Shown piece by piece: positions 24,116 through 36,700 of a DNA stretch of 64,000 nt. This DNA comes from Macrostomum lignano (taxonomy: Eukaryota): NCBI GenBank assembly GCA_002269645.1, contig NIVC01000094.1:124001-188000 (forward strand), read 5' to 3'. Both the position numbers and the translations under genes were made by a program. The notes under the pieces are model-generated. The model saw nothing but the letters and a program-made list of their open reading frames with translations, was not told the origin of the DNA and did no database searches. Numbering within the stretch: position 1 is the stretch's first letter; each line of letters opens with the position of its first letter.

Positions 24116-25448
24116 AACTCAAACTGCTACCAATTCAAACTGCTACCAAATAAAGCAGAACCCTAAACTCGAATATTTTTATAATTCATCATGAGAATCA
24201 AGTGTATAGGCTGGGGTCTCCAACCTGCCTCGGTAAAAGAAGATCCGATCCGGTTGTTTTCATCCACAAGTTTCCTTCATCGATAAGCTAGATCTGTGCT
24301 AAACGAGTGGATTGCCGTTCATTGTAGAGATTTGCAACGGATCCCGAGTTTGCAACTCTCAGTAGGTTAATTTGTTCTCTGAATTTTCTTGACAGACTTC
24401 AGGGATTCTAACAACCCAAATCATAAAAGGCAGACAGCTGACGGTCCATCTGTGGCTATAGCCAGCCCACTTTGGGAGATCGGCATGTTGACAGAAGATG
24501 CATCTTCCCGAATGCGTACGAGCCGTACATTCTAATAAGTATTTTTTGTCTTTTTTCTTTACTATTTTTAGGATTTTTAGGACAAAACGATTCAGCTCTT
24601 ATTTTGGTAGTTCAGTTTTAGATTATATCTTGTACGGACATGTGGGTCAACCTGTCTAGATCGATGGTTTATGGCCCTCTTATCAGTCTTATGGAAGCCG
24701 TCAACGCTCTATGAGCTAATCGGAGCTTGAAAAATAGCTACTTTCTATATATAGAAATATTAATCATAGCTTTCCTATGAATTCTTTTTAATTTTCGTCG
24801 ACTCTGCGCGAGGCACATTATCCTGAAGCTATTTTTTGACTGCACCTGTCAAGTTATTTAGTGTCTGGCATGTTTTAGGTATCCAGATCGGCCAGTCAGA
24901 GTCATACTAGGCTTGTTCGATTAGAAAAAATCGCTTTAAGTACAAAGCAATCAGTTCAAACCGAAAAATCGACGCTTGGTATAACAAAACGACTCGAAAC
25001 CTCGACTCAAACACAGCAATTTTGAGAGACGACCAATACACATGGATTTTAAATATACATTTTGTACATTTTAAATTTCAAATAAAAAACTGCATCCTTG
25101 AATCTCTGGATTGTTTTGCGGTGCTCAAGTGCAGGCCGGACTATAAGCGCTTTAAGTGTTTCAATGAAATTTTAACAACAGAAAGCAGTTGCAAATAAAT
25201 AATAACAGCTGACACAAGCAGTATGTATTTTGGTATTTTTAAGCGTTTAGGCGTGTAAGAAATGTTAAATTACTGTTAAGTTTGGCAATTTTCAATAATG
25301 CGTATACATAAGAGGTACCAAAAGTTTTCCAGCCATTTCATGGGTTGAGCGGTTGCACGCCTTGACCAAGAAGTACTGCATAGGATCTTGGTCATTTTGA
25401 ATTTATTTTTAGCCAAATATCATTTTAAGGATATTAGGATAAAACTGC

Positions 25449-28400
25449 TCAAGTGCTAGTGCCACTTTTTACTGCCAACTTCCGGGCCGAGTGGTCGTAC
25501 ATCTTAATCAAATTCACGAATACCTGGTCCAGCGACATCTGGTAGAGAGCCCAGTAGCTCACCCCCATACGGCTCTGGTTGGCCGCCAACCATTTCAGTG
25601 CGGGTGACAGGCTCCGCACCGCGGGCTTGGGTACCGAAAACCGCATGACAAAACCCAGGCCGAGGTCCTCCTGTGTATGCGCTCCTTTGAACTGCTCTAC
25701 AACTGCGTTCTTGATGGATAGCCTCTTCTGTCTGACTGCCGACTCGCCATCCGGAGCCAGCAGCAGCTCCAAGGTGTACGCGTCTCCGTGACTGCAAGGA
25801 AAGTACAAAAGTTATATAAGGATAAAAATACCGTTACGTATAATAGGCTGGAGTTGATCTGTTGACAGTACTGGTAGCTACGAAGAATAAAAACGACCAG
25901 GATGTGAACAGTGCATCAACATGCACGCCTGACAGTCATTATGAGTCATGCTATTTATAGATATGGCATGCTGCGGTGTGGCGACTGCTGGTTAAATTCG
26001 ATGTAGGAGGAATCTACTCGAAGAACTGTAACCTTCTCTTGACTAAAAGCTCAGGGCTAACCAAATTTCTGGGGCCTACTGGTTAAGTACGCTCGTAGTT
26101 CTTTGGTAGCGGGTTAAGGTCTGGCGCTAAGGTTCCTGAGATCGATTCTGTGCCTGGTCTTAATCTGCGGCGCCTCTTGGCCTTTTTAGAGCGATTCTTA
26201 CCCATTAGGACCGACCCCAGGGCACAGACTGCGTACATGCTTGAAGACAACGGAATCAAGACCACTGTACACCCTGCGTGAGCGCGTGCCTACGTACGAA
26301 ATCTAATAATGCGTGTGCAAGCTCAGGCGTCGCATTTGGGGCGAAGTACGTATCCGTCGCTTTTATTTGCGACAAGACAATGCCTGTTGGAGTGCTTGCT
26401 CTCAACAGATTGTTTTTCTCAGGTTCAAATTTGACTTAATAAGCATTTGGATTCAATTTGAACGATGGGCAGCACCTGATGATTTTTAGTTATTTGGCTG
26501 TAAAGACTAAATTAGGGTTTGGGTTTTTACATGGTGTCCTCAGAAGAGCGTACTGTCATATGGGATGCGATGATGCAGCGAGGCTGCATTGGCTGTCAAA
26601 GTTGACTGAAATAGCTCATATTCAGTATAGACCTGCCTGAATACACACTGCTCACGAGCTGGAGACAATGCAGACTGCTCAATAAAGCCCAATTCGCACT
26701 GCCATCAAGTCAAACGACCGATGTAAAAAGGAACGAAAGTTGAAGTACAAGTAATTTGGTTTAATTTGATGGCACTGTGAACGAGCCATAATTCACAACA
26801 CAAAAATATTTCATCCTGCTAATTAATAGGCTCACCGACTCTGCAGCTGCTGCACGGTGCCCACTGAAATCATGCGGCCTTTGTTCATGATGCCGACCCG
26901 ACTGCACAGGGCTTCGACCTCCTCCATACTGTGGGTCGTAACTATGACCGACCTCTGCTGATGCACCATGCGGCGGATGGCACCCCAGATGAAGCGCTTG
27001 TTCTCGGGATCAACGCCGGTCGAAGCCTCGTCAATAACGATAAGTGCCGGGTTGCCGAGCATGGCGATGGCGAGGCAGAGACGCCGCTTGTTGCCGCCCG
27101 AAAGCTGACCGGCTTGCTTGTCGCAGTGCTGCGCCAGGCCCAGGCTCTGCATCAGACAGATCGTCTGTCACTCCGCTTCGATCGTATCAAGTCCGCGGAT
27201 GGCCGCGTAAAAGCGAATGTGCTCGGCGACGGTGATGCTGTTGAAAAGTGGATTGTGCTGAGGGCAGTAGCCGATGGCGCCGATTGTGGCTCCCTCCCGA
27301 CCGGAAACCCAGGCACCGTCATGCACGCGGACCTCACAAACGCCCTCCGTCGCAGCCTCCTCGCCGACAATGACCGACATGGAGGTGGACTTACCGGCTC
27401 CGTTGGCGCCCAGCAGACCGAAGATCTCGCCGGCCATCGTTCCGAAGGTGATGCCTCGCACAGCGTGGACTCCGTTTGCGTGAATCTTTTGTAGCTTCCG
27501 TACTTCCAGCACGTTCTTGGAGTTCCTGGGAGCCGCCAGCACCCTCTCCGTCTCTTTGCGAGCGCCTTCTTCCATGTCGCTTTCGGGTTTGTTAGGCATG
27601 GTCTGGGAGCCGCCGTGGCAAAGGATCTCTTTGACAACTTCTTTTTTCTCAACGAAGAAAATAATGCCGCTCAGAATGATAATGTGCACTGGCATTGCTA
27701 TCAAACAGTTGAGTATCTCCTGTTGCTTCCACAGACTTTCAGCCATACCAGGCAGTTCGGAACCGTCAACTGTTTGATAATACTCAGCCTTGAAGAAATA
27801 GTACAACATGCAGTGAAACACAAGGCCAGTAGGGGCTGCAGGCGGAACTGTCCAAATCAGCACGTTAAAAATATAAGCGGGGAAGTAAGTTAGTAATGCG
27901 AAGGCTGCAGGCAATAACACTCCGACCAACACGCAAACCGTTGAGACAAGGGTGTTGTGAGTCTTTATAAAAACAGCGATGGCGTACATTGTCAGCAGGT
28001 TGGACACAAGTCCAAAGAAAAACAATGGTAGAAGTGCAGCAAGAATAAGATACGCGCGCCTGTATGCCTCTGTAACCATTAACAGCCCGATGGCTAATGC
28101 GTAGAAAATCGCATACTGGACCCAGTGCATCAAAAATGTGTTGATCCAATAGGCTAGATGCGTCATGCCAGTGGACAAGAGGTAGCCGCGCACCCTGCTG
28201 CATATGTCCTCAACTGGATCGCTCAAATATGAGATTGGGAGCAATGGGATCACTAATAAAAACACTATTAACGGCCAGCCGGTTCTGGCAAGTCTCGTCT
28301 CCCTACTATTTATTACAGCGAGAGCCGTAGTGTTTTCGTATCCTGCCATTCCAAAAAAATTCAGCATTGCGACTAGCGCTCTTCTGTGAATATGCACTTT

Positions 28401-31400
28401 GGATTGGGAGATATCTTTTCCAAAGAAAACACCAATGCTTACGGACCGGCCCTTGTTTGACACATTCTTTTGCCAGGAAGAGGCGTAGTACAAAACGCAC
28501 GGAGTATACCATTTTTTATTATCATCTATAAATCTATAGTTCCATAGCATATAGTACACATGATCATGAAAAATTTTATCAGACATAAGTTCCTCTATCC
28601 CCAAAAATGGAGGCTTTTCTATAACAATGGGCGGAAGAGGCTCGTCTTTTTTAGTTGCATCTCGAAGAGCAAGCCTCTTGCAGTCATCCACTGAGATGTA
28701 ATTCGCGGCCCCATCAGAGATGCACACAATTGGTATTGCCTGTATACCAAAGTCTTCCACTCTAAACAACATCGGCTTGACCAGAATATCCATCTGCATC
28801 AATTCGAGCTTGCTTTCTTTAACTTTTTTAAACCCGGTTTTAGACGTAGCGGTGCTAACAGCCATCAGTGTGAGCAAGGCGGCCGGAACCAGGAACCTGC
28901 TTGCTAGATTAGCCTTTACCCGCACTTGTCGCTTGATATTGATCTTGAACAGAGCGGCAAACTGACCTGTAACGAAGGTTCTCATTTTGGTTGAGCTTGT
29001 CATCAGTTGATCAGATGCTTCCTTCACCTCGGGAGTCTCAACCGGAACACTAAGGATTTCGGTACGCTGAGGGAGCAGCAGCGTTCCTGCGCGAAAGGCT
29101 TTGATGATATCTTCCGAGTCCATCCCACCAAGCCTCATGAACACGTCGTCAAGAGATGCCTGCGATAAGCCAAACGTTTCTACCTCTCCGCTCGTCTCCA
29201 GAATTTGAACTGCTTCTGTCAACACAGCCGAGTCCATAGCAGGAACCTCAAGCTGGAGCTCCGTATCGATGTGACTCTTCACTCGGATCTGTTTCAGCTT
29301 GGTCAGTAGTGGCTGCACTCCAGTCTTGGACTTCAGTGACACGTTCAGTGTAAAGCTGCAGCCAAACGCTCGCTTTAAAAACATCGAAGACCCCGCGCAC
29401 ACGATCTTGCCGCCGCACAAAAAGATTTTGCGGTCTGCAAGAATGTCCGCCTCATCCATGAATTGAGTGCACAGAATAATGGAGCGGCAGCTCTTCTCCT
29501 CCTGTAGCAGCTGCCACAGCTGTCGCCTCGACACCGGGTCCAGACCGCTGGTGGGTTCGTCAAGAAACACAACATCCGGGTCGCCCAACAGAGCCAAGAT
29601 CGTGCTCACCTTCCTCTTTTGCCCGCCACTCAGGTCGGACAAACGCACATTCTCCTTGTCTTCCAAGCCGAGTCTCTGGAGCATACTCCGAGCTTTCTCC
29701 AGCTCGCTTTTACTGGCCAATCTGCTGAGCATAGTGACTCGGATGCAGTCCATTACGGTGAGCGCGTCGCAAAGGTCGTCGAACTGAGGGCAGAGACTAA
29801 TCCGTCCTCTAAGCGATAGACGGAGCAGCGGGTTCGTCACTAGACAGCCGCCGATATAGGCCGTTCCCTCGTCTGGCAGCTCATCGCCTGTGAGGATCTT
29901 GACGAGGGTTGACTTGCCTGCGCCGTTGTGTCCGATGAGAGCCGTGATCTGGCCTCGGTAAATCTTGCCTGCAGTTGTTGAAAGGAGATGAATGATTGTC
30001 GAGTTCCATTATTAATTTCTTACTAGCATCACAATAGCACTCTAGATAGGCCAGCAAATAAATGCTCGAACAAGCGCCGATCGAATAATTTATTGCACCA
30101 TTACACTTCCCCTGAGCAGAAAAAAACATTTTGATCTCTGCCTTTCCGGGCGCCGAATATCTCACTGGCTATAATGATCTGCTGAGCAATGGTTTTCTGA
30201 TGCTCTTCTACTTTTCAGCGCCTTGCGTTTTCTCTCCCTCTATTTACTTTTTTGTACATCGTAGGTACGGCTTCATTGCTAAAAACGCCCAGATCTTCTA
30301 AATCCCTAGACCTCTTTTTTCCTCATATGTTTGAACGGAATTTTTCAGGAATAAAATATCTGTACTAGTATTGTCTTACTTTAGTATGTTGATAGTAACC
30401 TTCATTCAATCAATTTTATACAAAAAATGAAAACTAATGTCAATTCACACCATGTAAAAAGTTGTCTTATTGTCGTTTAATCGAATCTAAATATACTAAA
30501 TCTCTAAGGTTTGTATGCTTGTATTTACTAATGTGAAGCAAGGCGTTTGCATTCACGTTAATTCACTTACACGATAGCTTCTTCAGCACGGCGGGCACGT
30601 CAGAGCAGCAAAAGCACAAACTTCTGTAGGTCTTTGTGATGTCATTGACAGCGATAATTGGTGACAGCCCCATCACCGGCTCGATGTGGGGCTCTGCCTT
30701 CTCCGCCGTAACTTGACCCGCACCCTGAGCAGTGTCGTTCTCATCCTTCTTGCCTCGCTGGCTCCAGAAGGCGGGCATGAACGGGTATTGCGGCGGCAGA
30801 CAAAGACCGTTTCCGCTGCTCAGGATGAAGTCCAGGTAAGTCAGCAGCAAGAATAGCAGCAGTAGCCCGATAACCGTCCAGTTTTGGATTTGAGAAAGCC
30901 GCCCGGAGTCGTCTTCTTGTTTAATTTCGGAGAATTGACGTCTGACTTCCGAACTGAGCAGCTTGGTGATGTATTCAGTGGCGAACAGTGGGGAGAAAAT
31001 GTACAATAGGAATTTATACTTCTCTTGGGGTGGTGGCTTGATGAACTCTGTCACCAGCAAGCCGATGCTTATGACAGTAGCCAGTATTGACAAACCAATC
31101 GTTGACGGCATCAGCAGCTCCAGAAGCAGCAAGACGGCAGCAAAGTTGAGGCAAAACAATGTAAAGAAGACGAAGAGTCGAGCCATGGCTGAAGCTGGAA
31201 AAACACCGGGGCACTGCAGTGCGTTCGATGCCGTGAACACACCGGCGAACAGGAGGCACTCAACCAGAGTGATGAGCCAAATAACCAGCCAGTAAACGGA
31301 CACCGACAGGCCGCTCCGAAACAGTCGCTGCAGGAAGCCACCGGTCTTTAGCGCCCGGACGCAGGTTATGGTAGAGATGAGCATATAGAAGGTCACTCCA

Positions 31401-32224
31401 CCTGCTGCTAAACTGACTGTGAATCGCACAGTTGCGTGTATCAAACGTATAAAAGAATTCTTTTTAATGTACTTTGCACAAATTGACTGCGGCAATGATA
31501 TTGACGCCGCAATATTCCGTTTTTTAATATTGTTGCGCTCAGTTGGTTTACGAGTCGGTTTCAGAGAAGGGTCTTTGTAAAACACTTCGAACTGTTGCAC
31601 ATCAGCAAATCTGTCGAGTCCAAGCCTTTTCTGCGTTGAAAGTATCAAAACTTTGTACAAAAATGCGCATCTGATGTCCCGGAATAACGTAGAGGTGGGC
31701 ATAAAAATTTTACCTAAGCATTCCAACACCGTCCTAGATTTTTCGGGAGTTTTGGAGTAGCGTATCAGCGCTACGATGGCTGGATTGGTCCGATGGATAT
31801 TAAACCGCTCTCTGCAGTCCGTCTCTGGCCCGCAGTCCTCAATCCAGTCGGCATTTCCACCTGCCGCAGTCATGAAGCTGGTTGCGGCAGCCGCCTCAGC
31901 CGGGAAGGCTGACCGGTCAACCAGAACTTTGGATTTCGACGCCGCAAAGTCGGAGGCGGTGTATAGGATGACTGTTTTGTTAGCATTTATTTCATCCAAT
32001 GAAGAACTGACGTCCCCTTTAAGGGAAACAGCCGCTATTGGCAGGACATAAAGGTTGGACATCATTAGTGCAATGGGCACAACAATCACGAGGAGGCGCC
32101 AAGCCTTGAGCTTCAGCAGCAGCAGGAGCAGCAGTACGAACTGCTCGAAGAACCCGCCGGCGCTCAGGTTCTGCTCCGGCTTGGGCACGGCTGACGGCTG
32201 CTTCTTGCTTGGGTCGAGCGGCAT
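25449..32224 (-). CDS. ABCA: Full-size ABCA-subfamily transporter; exons 32224-30571, 29968-26836, 25791-25449 (1710 codons) with an in-frame TGA at 27168-27170
   Basis: TMD-NBD-TMD-NBD layout; GHNGAGKST/LSGGQKRK/FLDEPTSG and GANGAGKST/LSGGNKRR/VIDEASTG; GT-AG introns are phase-consistent. May be a recent pseudogene allele. Confidence 0.88.
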
Positions 32225-32869
32225 TCGGAAGTTTCTTCAGAGTGGCCACAAAGCCGCCTTTGTTGCAGGGAAGCCTGGCTGCCGTTCTCAGATTGCTATA
32301 GCTAGGAATGGTCTCAAGTTCTCTTCCTATACTGACCGCCTTTAGGCTGATTTGCCCAGCTCTCGGACTTAGCACACCGAGATCAGGAGTGCCGGAATTT
32401 CGGCAAGCACTAAGCATCTCAGTTTGGTCTATGGTGCGTTCAGCTATTGTTATTTTTAGTAGCTCATGCACTTAGCTGATGAAGAGTGAAGACTGAGCAA
32501 CCGGTTCGAATCAACCTATTTTGGACACTCGTCCAGAAGCCCCACATGTAGAATACAGTCTCCCAACCGGTACCAAAAGTTGGTGGTAGCAGCGGAAAGC
32601 AAATGCAAATTGAAACAAAAATCGATCCTTCACTACTGACTCAAAACATAAATTGTAACAAATAAATGAAAAGAGTATTTTCTTCAATAGCTGTGTTATT
32701 GGCATATTTATGAGCGTAGATTTATTTCAATCAGATCTGGTCAAGCATTTATATTTTAAAGATGTATTGAATAGAAGGCAGTTGTAAAATAAAATAGGAG
32801 CGTAACTTTGCCATCATTTAAACCGGTCTTCGAGCTTACTAATCTTTACAAAGGTGCACGCCAACATAC

Positions 32870-32895
32870 AGAGAGAGAGAGAGAGAGAGAGAGAG
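32870..32895. repeat. (GA)n microsatellite
   Basis: Directly visible. Confidence 0.9.
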
Positions 32896-33026
32896 CATTG
32901 AATTTTGGAAACTAAAAGAGATAATTACAAGCTCAAATAATAATGAAAAAAGATACGATTAGCCTGCCTGCAGGGAATTGCATGGTGTGTAAGAGAACAG
33001 CAATGCTGAGATTTTCTTGTTCCAAT

Positions 33027-33374
33027 TCCTTATCTGCTCAGCCACCCCACTCCGAATCCTTATCTGTGCAGCCACCCCACTCCGAACCCTTATCTGTGCA
33101 GCCACCCCACTCCGAATCCTTATCTGCGCAGCCACCCCACTCCGAATCCTTATCTGTGCAGCCACCCCACTCCGAATCCTTATCTGCGCAGCCACCCCAC
33201 TCCGAATCCTTATCTGTGCAGCCACCCCACTCCGAATCCTTATCTGTGCAGCCACCCCACTCCGAATCCTTATCTGTGCAGCCACCCCACTCCGATTTCT
33301 TATCTGTGCAGCCACCCCACTCCGAATCCTTATCTGCGCAGCCACCCCACTCCGAATCCTTATCTGCGCAGCCA
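33027..33374. repeat. 30-bp minisatellite (ttatctgtgcagccaccccactccgaatcc)n, about 11 units
   Basis: Directly visible tandem units. Confidence 0.96.
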
Positions 33375-33506
33375 GCCCCATCTATACCAGCTACATGCAC
33401 AACACCAGCAAGGCTACAATTATTCTAACTGACCAGTTGTTTTCATGTAAATCCTAACTCAAACTGTAAATTCCCGCCAGTCAACAAGGTGGAAAGCACG
33501 ATCAGG

Positions 33507-33714
33507 TCACGGCACCGGGGGCAGGTGCTCCCGCACCGCCTGCAGAATCCGCGCCCTCGGCCCCTTCGGCAGGCCGATGCCACGCAGGCCCCGATCGTCC
33601 AGGCACACCAGCTCGCGCACGCCGATGTTGTGCTGCTCAAAGTGCGGAATGTACTGCCCATAGCCCAGGTAGTCGAGGAACTGTCGGAGGAACGGCGGCT
33701 CCGATCCGAAGAAC
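33507..33714 (-). CDS. Terminal exon encoding a SAM domain
   Basis: [61 protein letters not shown] fits the SAM pattern (L..LGL..Y...F....I....L..L....L..IG...G.R.RIL). Confidence 0.85.
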
Positions 33715-36700
33715 CTGCACTCCGAAGAACCGTGAACGATTAGTAACGAGCTACATTATTGTATAAATATCACTGTTAAATCTACCATACTTGTTCCATC
33801 CCAACCAGTAAACTTCAAACCATCTACTTCCCCACACCTGTTTTCCCTCACATTTATTCCTGTCACATCCGTTCCCCTCACACCTGTTCCCCTCACACCT
33901 GTTCCCCTCACACCTGTTCCCCTCACACCTGTTCCCCTCACACCTGTTCCCTTCACACCTGTTCCCCTCACACCTGTTCCCCTCACACCTGTTCCCCTCA
34001 CACCTGTTCCCCTCACACCTGTTCCCCTCACACCTGTTCCCCTCACACCTGTTCCCCTCACACCTGTTCCCCTCACACCTGTTCCCCTCACACCTGTTCC
34101 CCTCACACCTGTTCCCCTCACACCTGTTCCCCTCACACCTGTTCCCCTCACACCTGTTCCCCTCACACCTGTTCCCCTCACACCTGTTCCCCTCACACCG
34201 GTTCCCCTCACACCTGTTCCCCTCACACCGGTTCCCCTCACACCGGTTCCCCTCACACCGGTTCCCCTCACACCGGTTCCCCTCACACCGGTTCCCCTCA
34301 CACCGGTTTCCCTCACACCGGTTCCCCTCACACCTGTTCCCCTCACACCTATTCCCCTCAGCAGACAATACAAAAAGATAAAACTTCAGCAGACCAGGAG
34401 AGCTTCTTGTGCCGCAAAGGGTTCGTCATGTAGCCAAGTATTCCCGGACGGTCTGGCGGCCAGTCTCGTTGCCATGGCAACCCAGTCCCGATGCCGTTGC
34501 CGATCGGTCTGAGAAAGTCCGCTTCGTCCCCATCAGCAGACGGCTCGTCCAGGTGGCCGCTGCCGGCCTGTTGAATCGACTGCAGGCCGTCCAGCTGCAC
34601 TTGTTGCGGGTCACTCGAGGACATCAGGCTGAGAGCCTGGTTCAGGCGCTGGCTCAGGTGGGTTACGTGCCGCTCCAGGCGTCGGACACGATGCTCGAGC
34701 GCTCTAGTTGAAATGAATGAATTGGGTTTTTAACTCGTAATTCAAATCTGCTGAGTTGCCAGAATTATTAATGATAAAAGCTTTCTGCAGATTCTATGGT
34801 ATTTTCTATTGTACATGTACTTTCCTTCAGACGCAATGAAGTTTAATTTAGGCCATTATTCCACACTTTTGGAACTTTCCATAGACAAAAGAGTCAATCA
34901 GTATATTTTAACCAATAAGCAACGGATGCAAATACGAGAACTCGTATAACTGAAAAGATATCAGGGCCTCACGGCTAGTAGTCTATGGCCAAAACTGTGT
35001 CAAACAAGAAAAACATGTACTACACCTTTTCACGTTCATTTTTTATCAAAGTCTAGTTCTAATAAAACTAGCGGAAATTCAATTCAGATAATTCAGACTT
35101 GGGCAACAAACCCCCGTTCAAAACATTATGCAACCGAAGCAAGTTTTAGCCATAGACAAAAATTGTCCCCAGTCTGAATCGTCTGAATTGAATTTCCGCT
35201 AGTTTTTTTACAACTGGACTTTGTTCAAAATTGAACGTGAAAAGGTGTAAAAGCTGCATTCATCCTTGAATTAAATAAACGTGAACACACATCCAGAACA
35301 GGAGCAATCAAATGTCACTGTCTATCAACGTTACTGCAGATGTCAAAGACGCCTATTACTTACCCCCAAAATTAAATGTACAGTTTTCAAAGCGGCAATT
35401 TTCGAAAATACGGGACACTTGTGCCTGGGCGTTGCACGCGAAGGCGTATTCAGCATGCCAGTGAAGTATGAGACAGACTAGGCCCATGGGCTAAGGTCTG
35501 CGATGCTTCACGCCTGCCCCTATCTTCAGCAGGTCAAGGCTGGTGGGAGGTCTGCACCCTCTATTTGCCTCTGGCAGCCGCAGACCCCCCCCCACGCTGT
35601 CTCGCAAGTCGACCCAGGGTACTCGTCCCCGCGTGTGTTCAAGGCAGTCCCTAGGGCTGCTGGACAGACTGGGCTCCGGCGCTGGCGACCCTATCCAGTG
35701 GCTTCGGCCGAATTTGGGTATGCGGGTCTGGCTCGCCAACCTGCAGGCCGTGGTACTGCTCAACGTACTCTCTAATGCCTAAGGTGTTGACCGTGCCGAT
35801 GGGCTGGAAGGCCGGGGAGTAGTCCGGTCGCAAGCGGTCCCCCTCCTGGTGTCGGGCCAGCCTTGAGGGTGTTATTGGCCTACTGCCCGGTCAGGTGGAG
35901 CGGCCGGGTGGGTACCGCGCCCCTTTGAGGGTAGCCCACCAACCTTTTATCATGGCCTTCGAGCCGACTATGGATAAACAAGCTATTTCTAGGGACGGGG
36001 ACCCTTCTAAACCCCAACCTCAGTCCGAAGGACCGGCCGGCCCTGCTGGCAGATCCCAACCGACTGATTCAACTGTGGCAAAGGAAGGACCGGCTGGCTC
36101 TGCTGGCAGATCCGACCAGAGCTACCAAACTCAAAATACCCTAAGACCTGCCAGCTCCGCTGGTGGATCTAAGGGAACCGCGAGCTCTGAGCCTAAAGGA
36201 CCGGCCAAATCTGGCAGATCCGATGAAGCTCAGCGGGCTCGGCTTGAGCGCAAACGCGCTAAACAACGCGCCAAAAGGCAGGCCAAGAAGGGAGCTGCGG
36301 GGGCCAAAGCGGCGGCGTCCACCATGGATGCTGAAGCGACTGGAGTCCCAAGGCAACCAGGCGGGCCGGCCGGTGGAAGCTCCAGTAGTTCAGCGGCGGC
36401 GCTCCCTGGAGCTGCTGCCGCGGCTGCTGAGGCCGAAACCACGGCGCAACAAATGGCCACTGCCAACAAGGAGGTTCCTTCGGGAGCTACCTTTGCGGCG
36501 AAGGCCAAGGCCAAAATCCCGGGAGTGATCATCCAAGGTCGCGACCAGGACTGGACCACTGATCAGCTTCAAAAAGTGTGGAGTGCTGTTGACTCCTATC
36601 TGATTGAGCTGACTGTCGAGGAGGGAATCTCCATCGGCGTTGAGCGGATGGTGCTGCGAAGCACATTCGTTCTTATTGCTCCTAGCAGCGAGGAGGACGC

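Noticed and set aside
27152-27192. Small intron removing the ABCA internal stop
   Set aside because: The only GT-AG candidate is 25 nt and breaks the frame, and the ungapped length already fits ABCA spacing.
32943-34373. Repeat ORFs (QPPHSESLSV, EGNRC, GTGVR) resembling repetitive proteins
   Set aside because: Open in several frames on both strands, which is typical of minisatellites; they lie in a downstream region and an intron.
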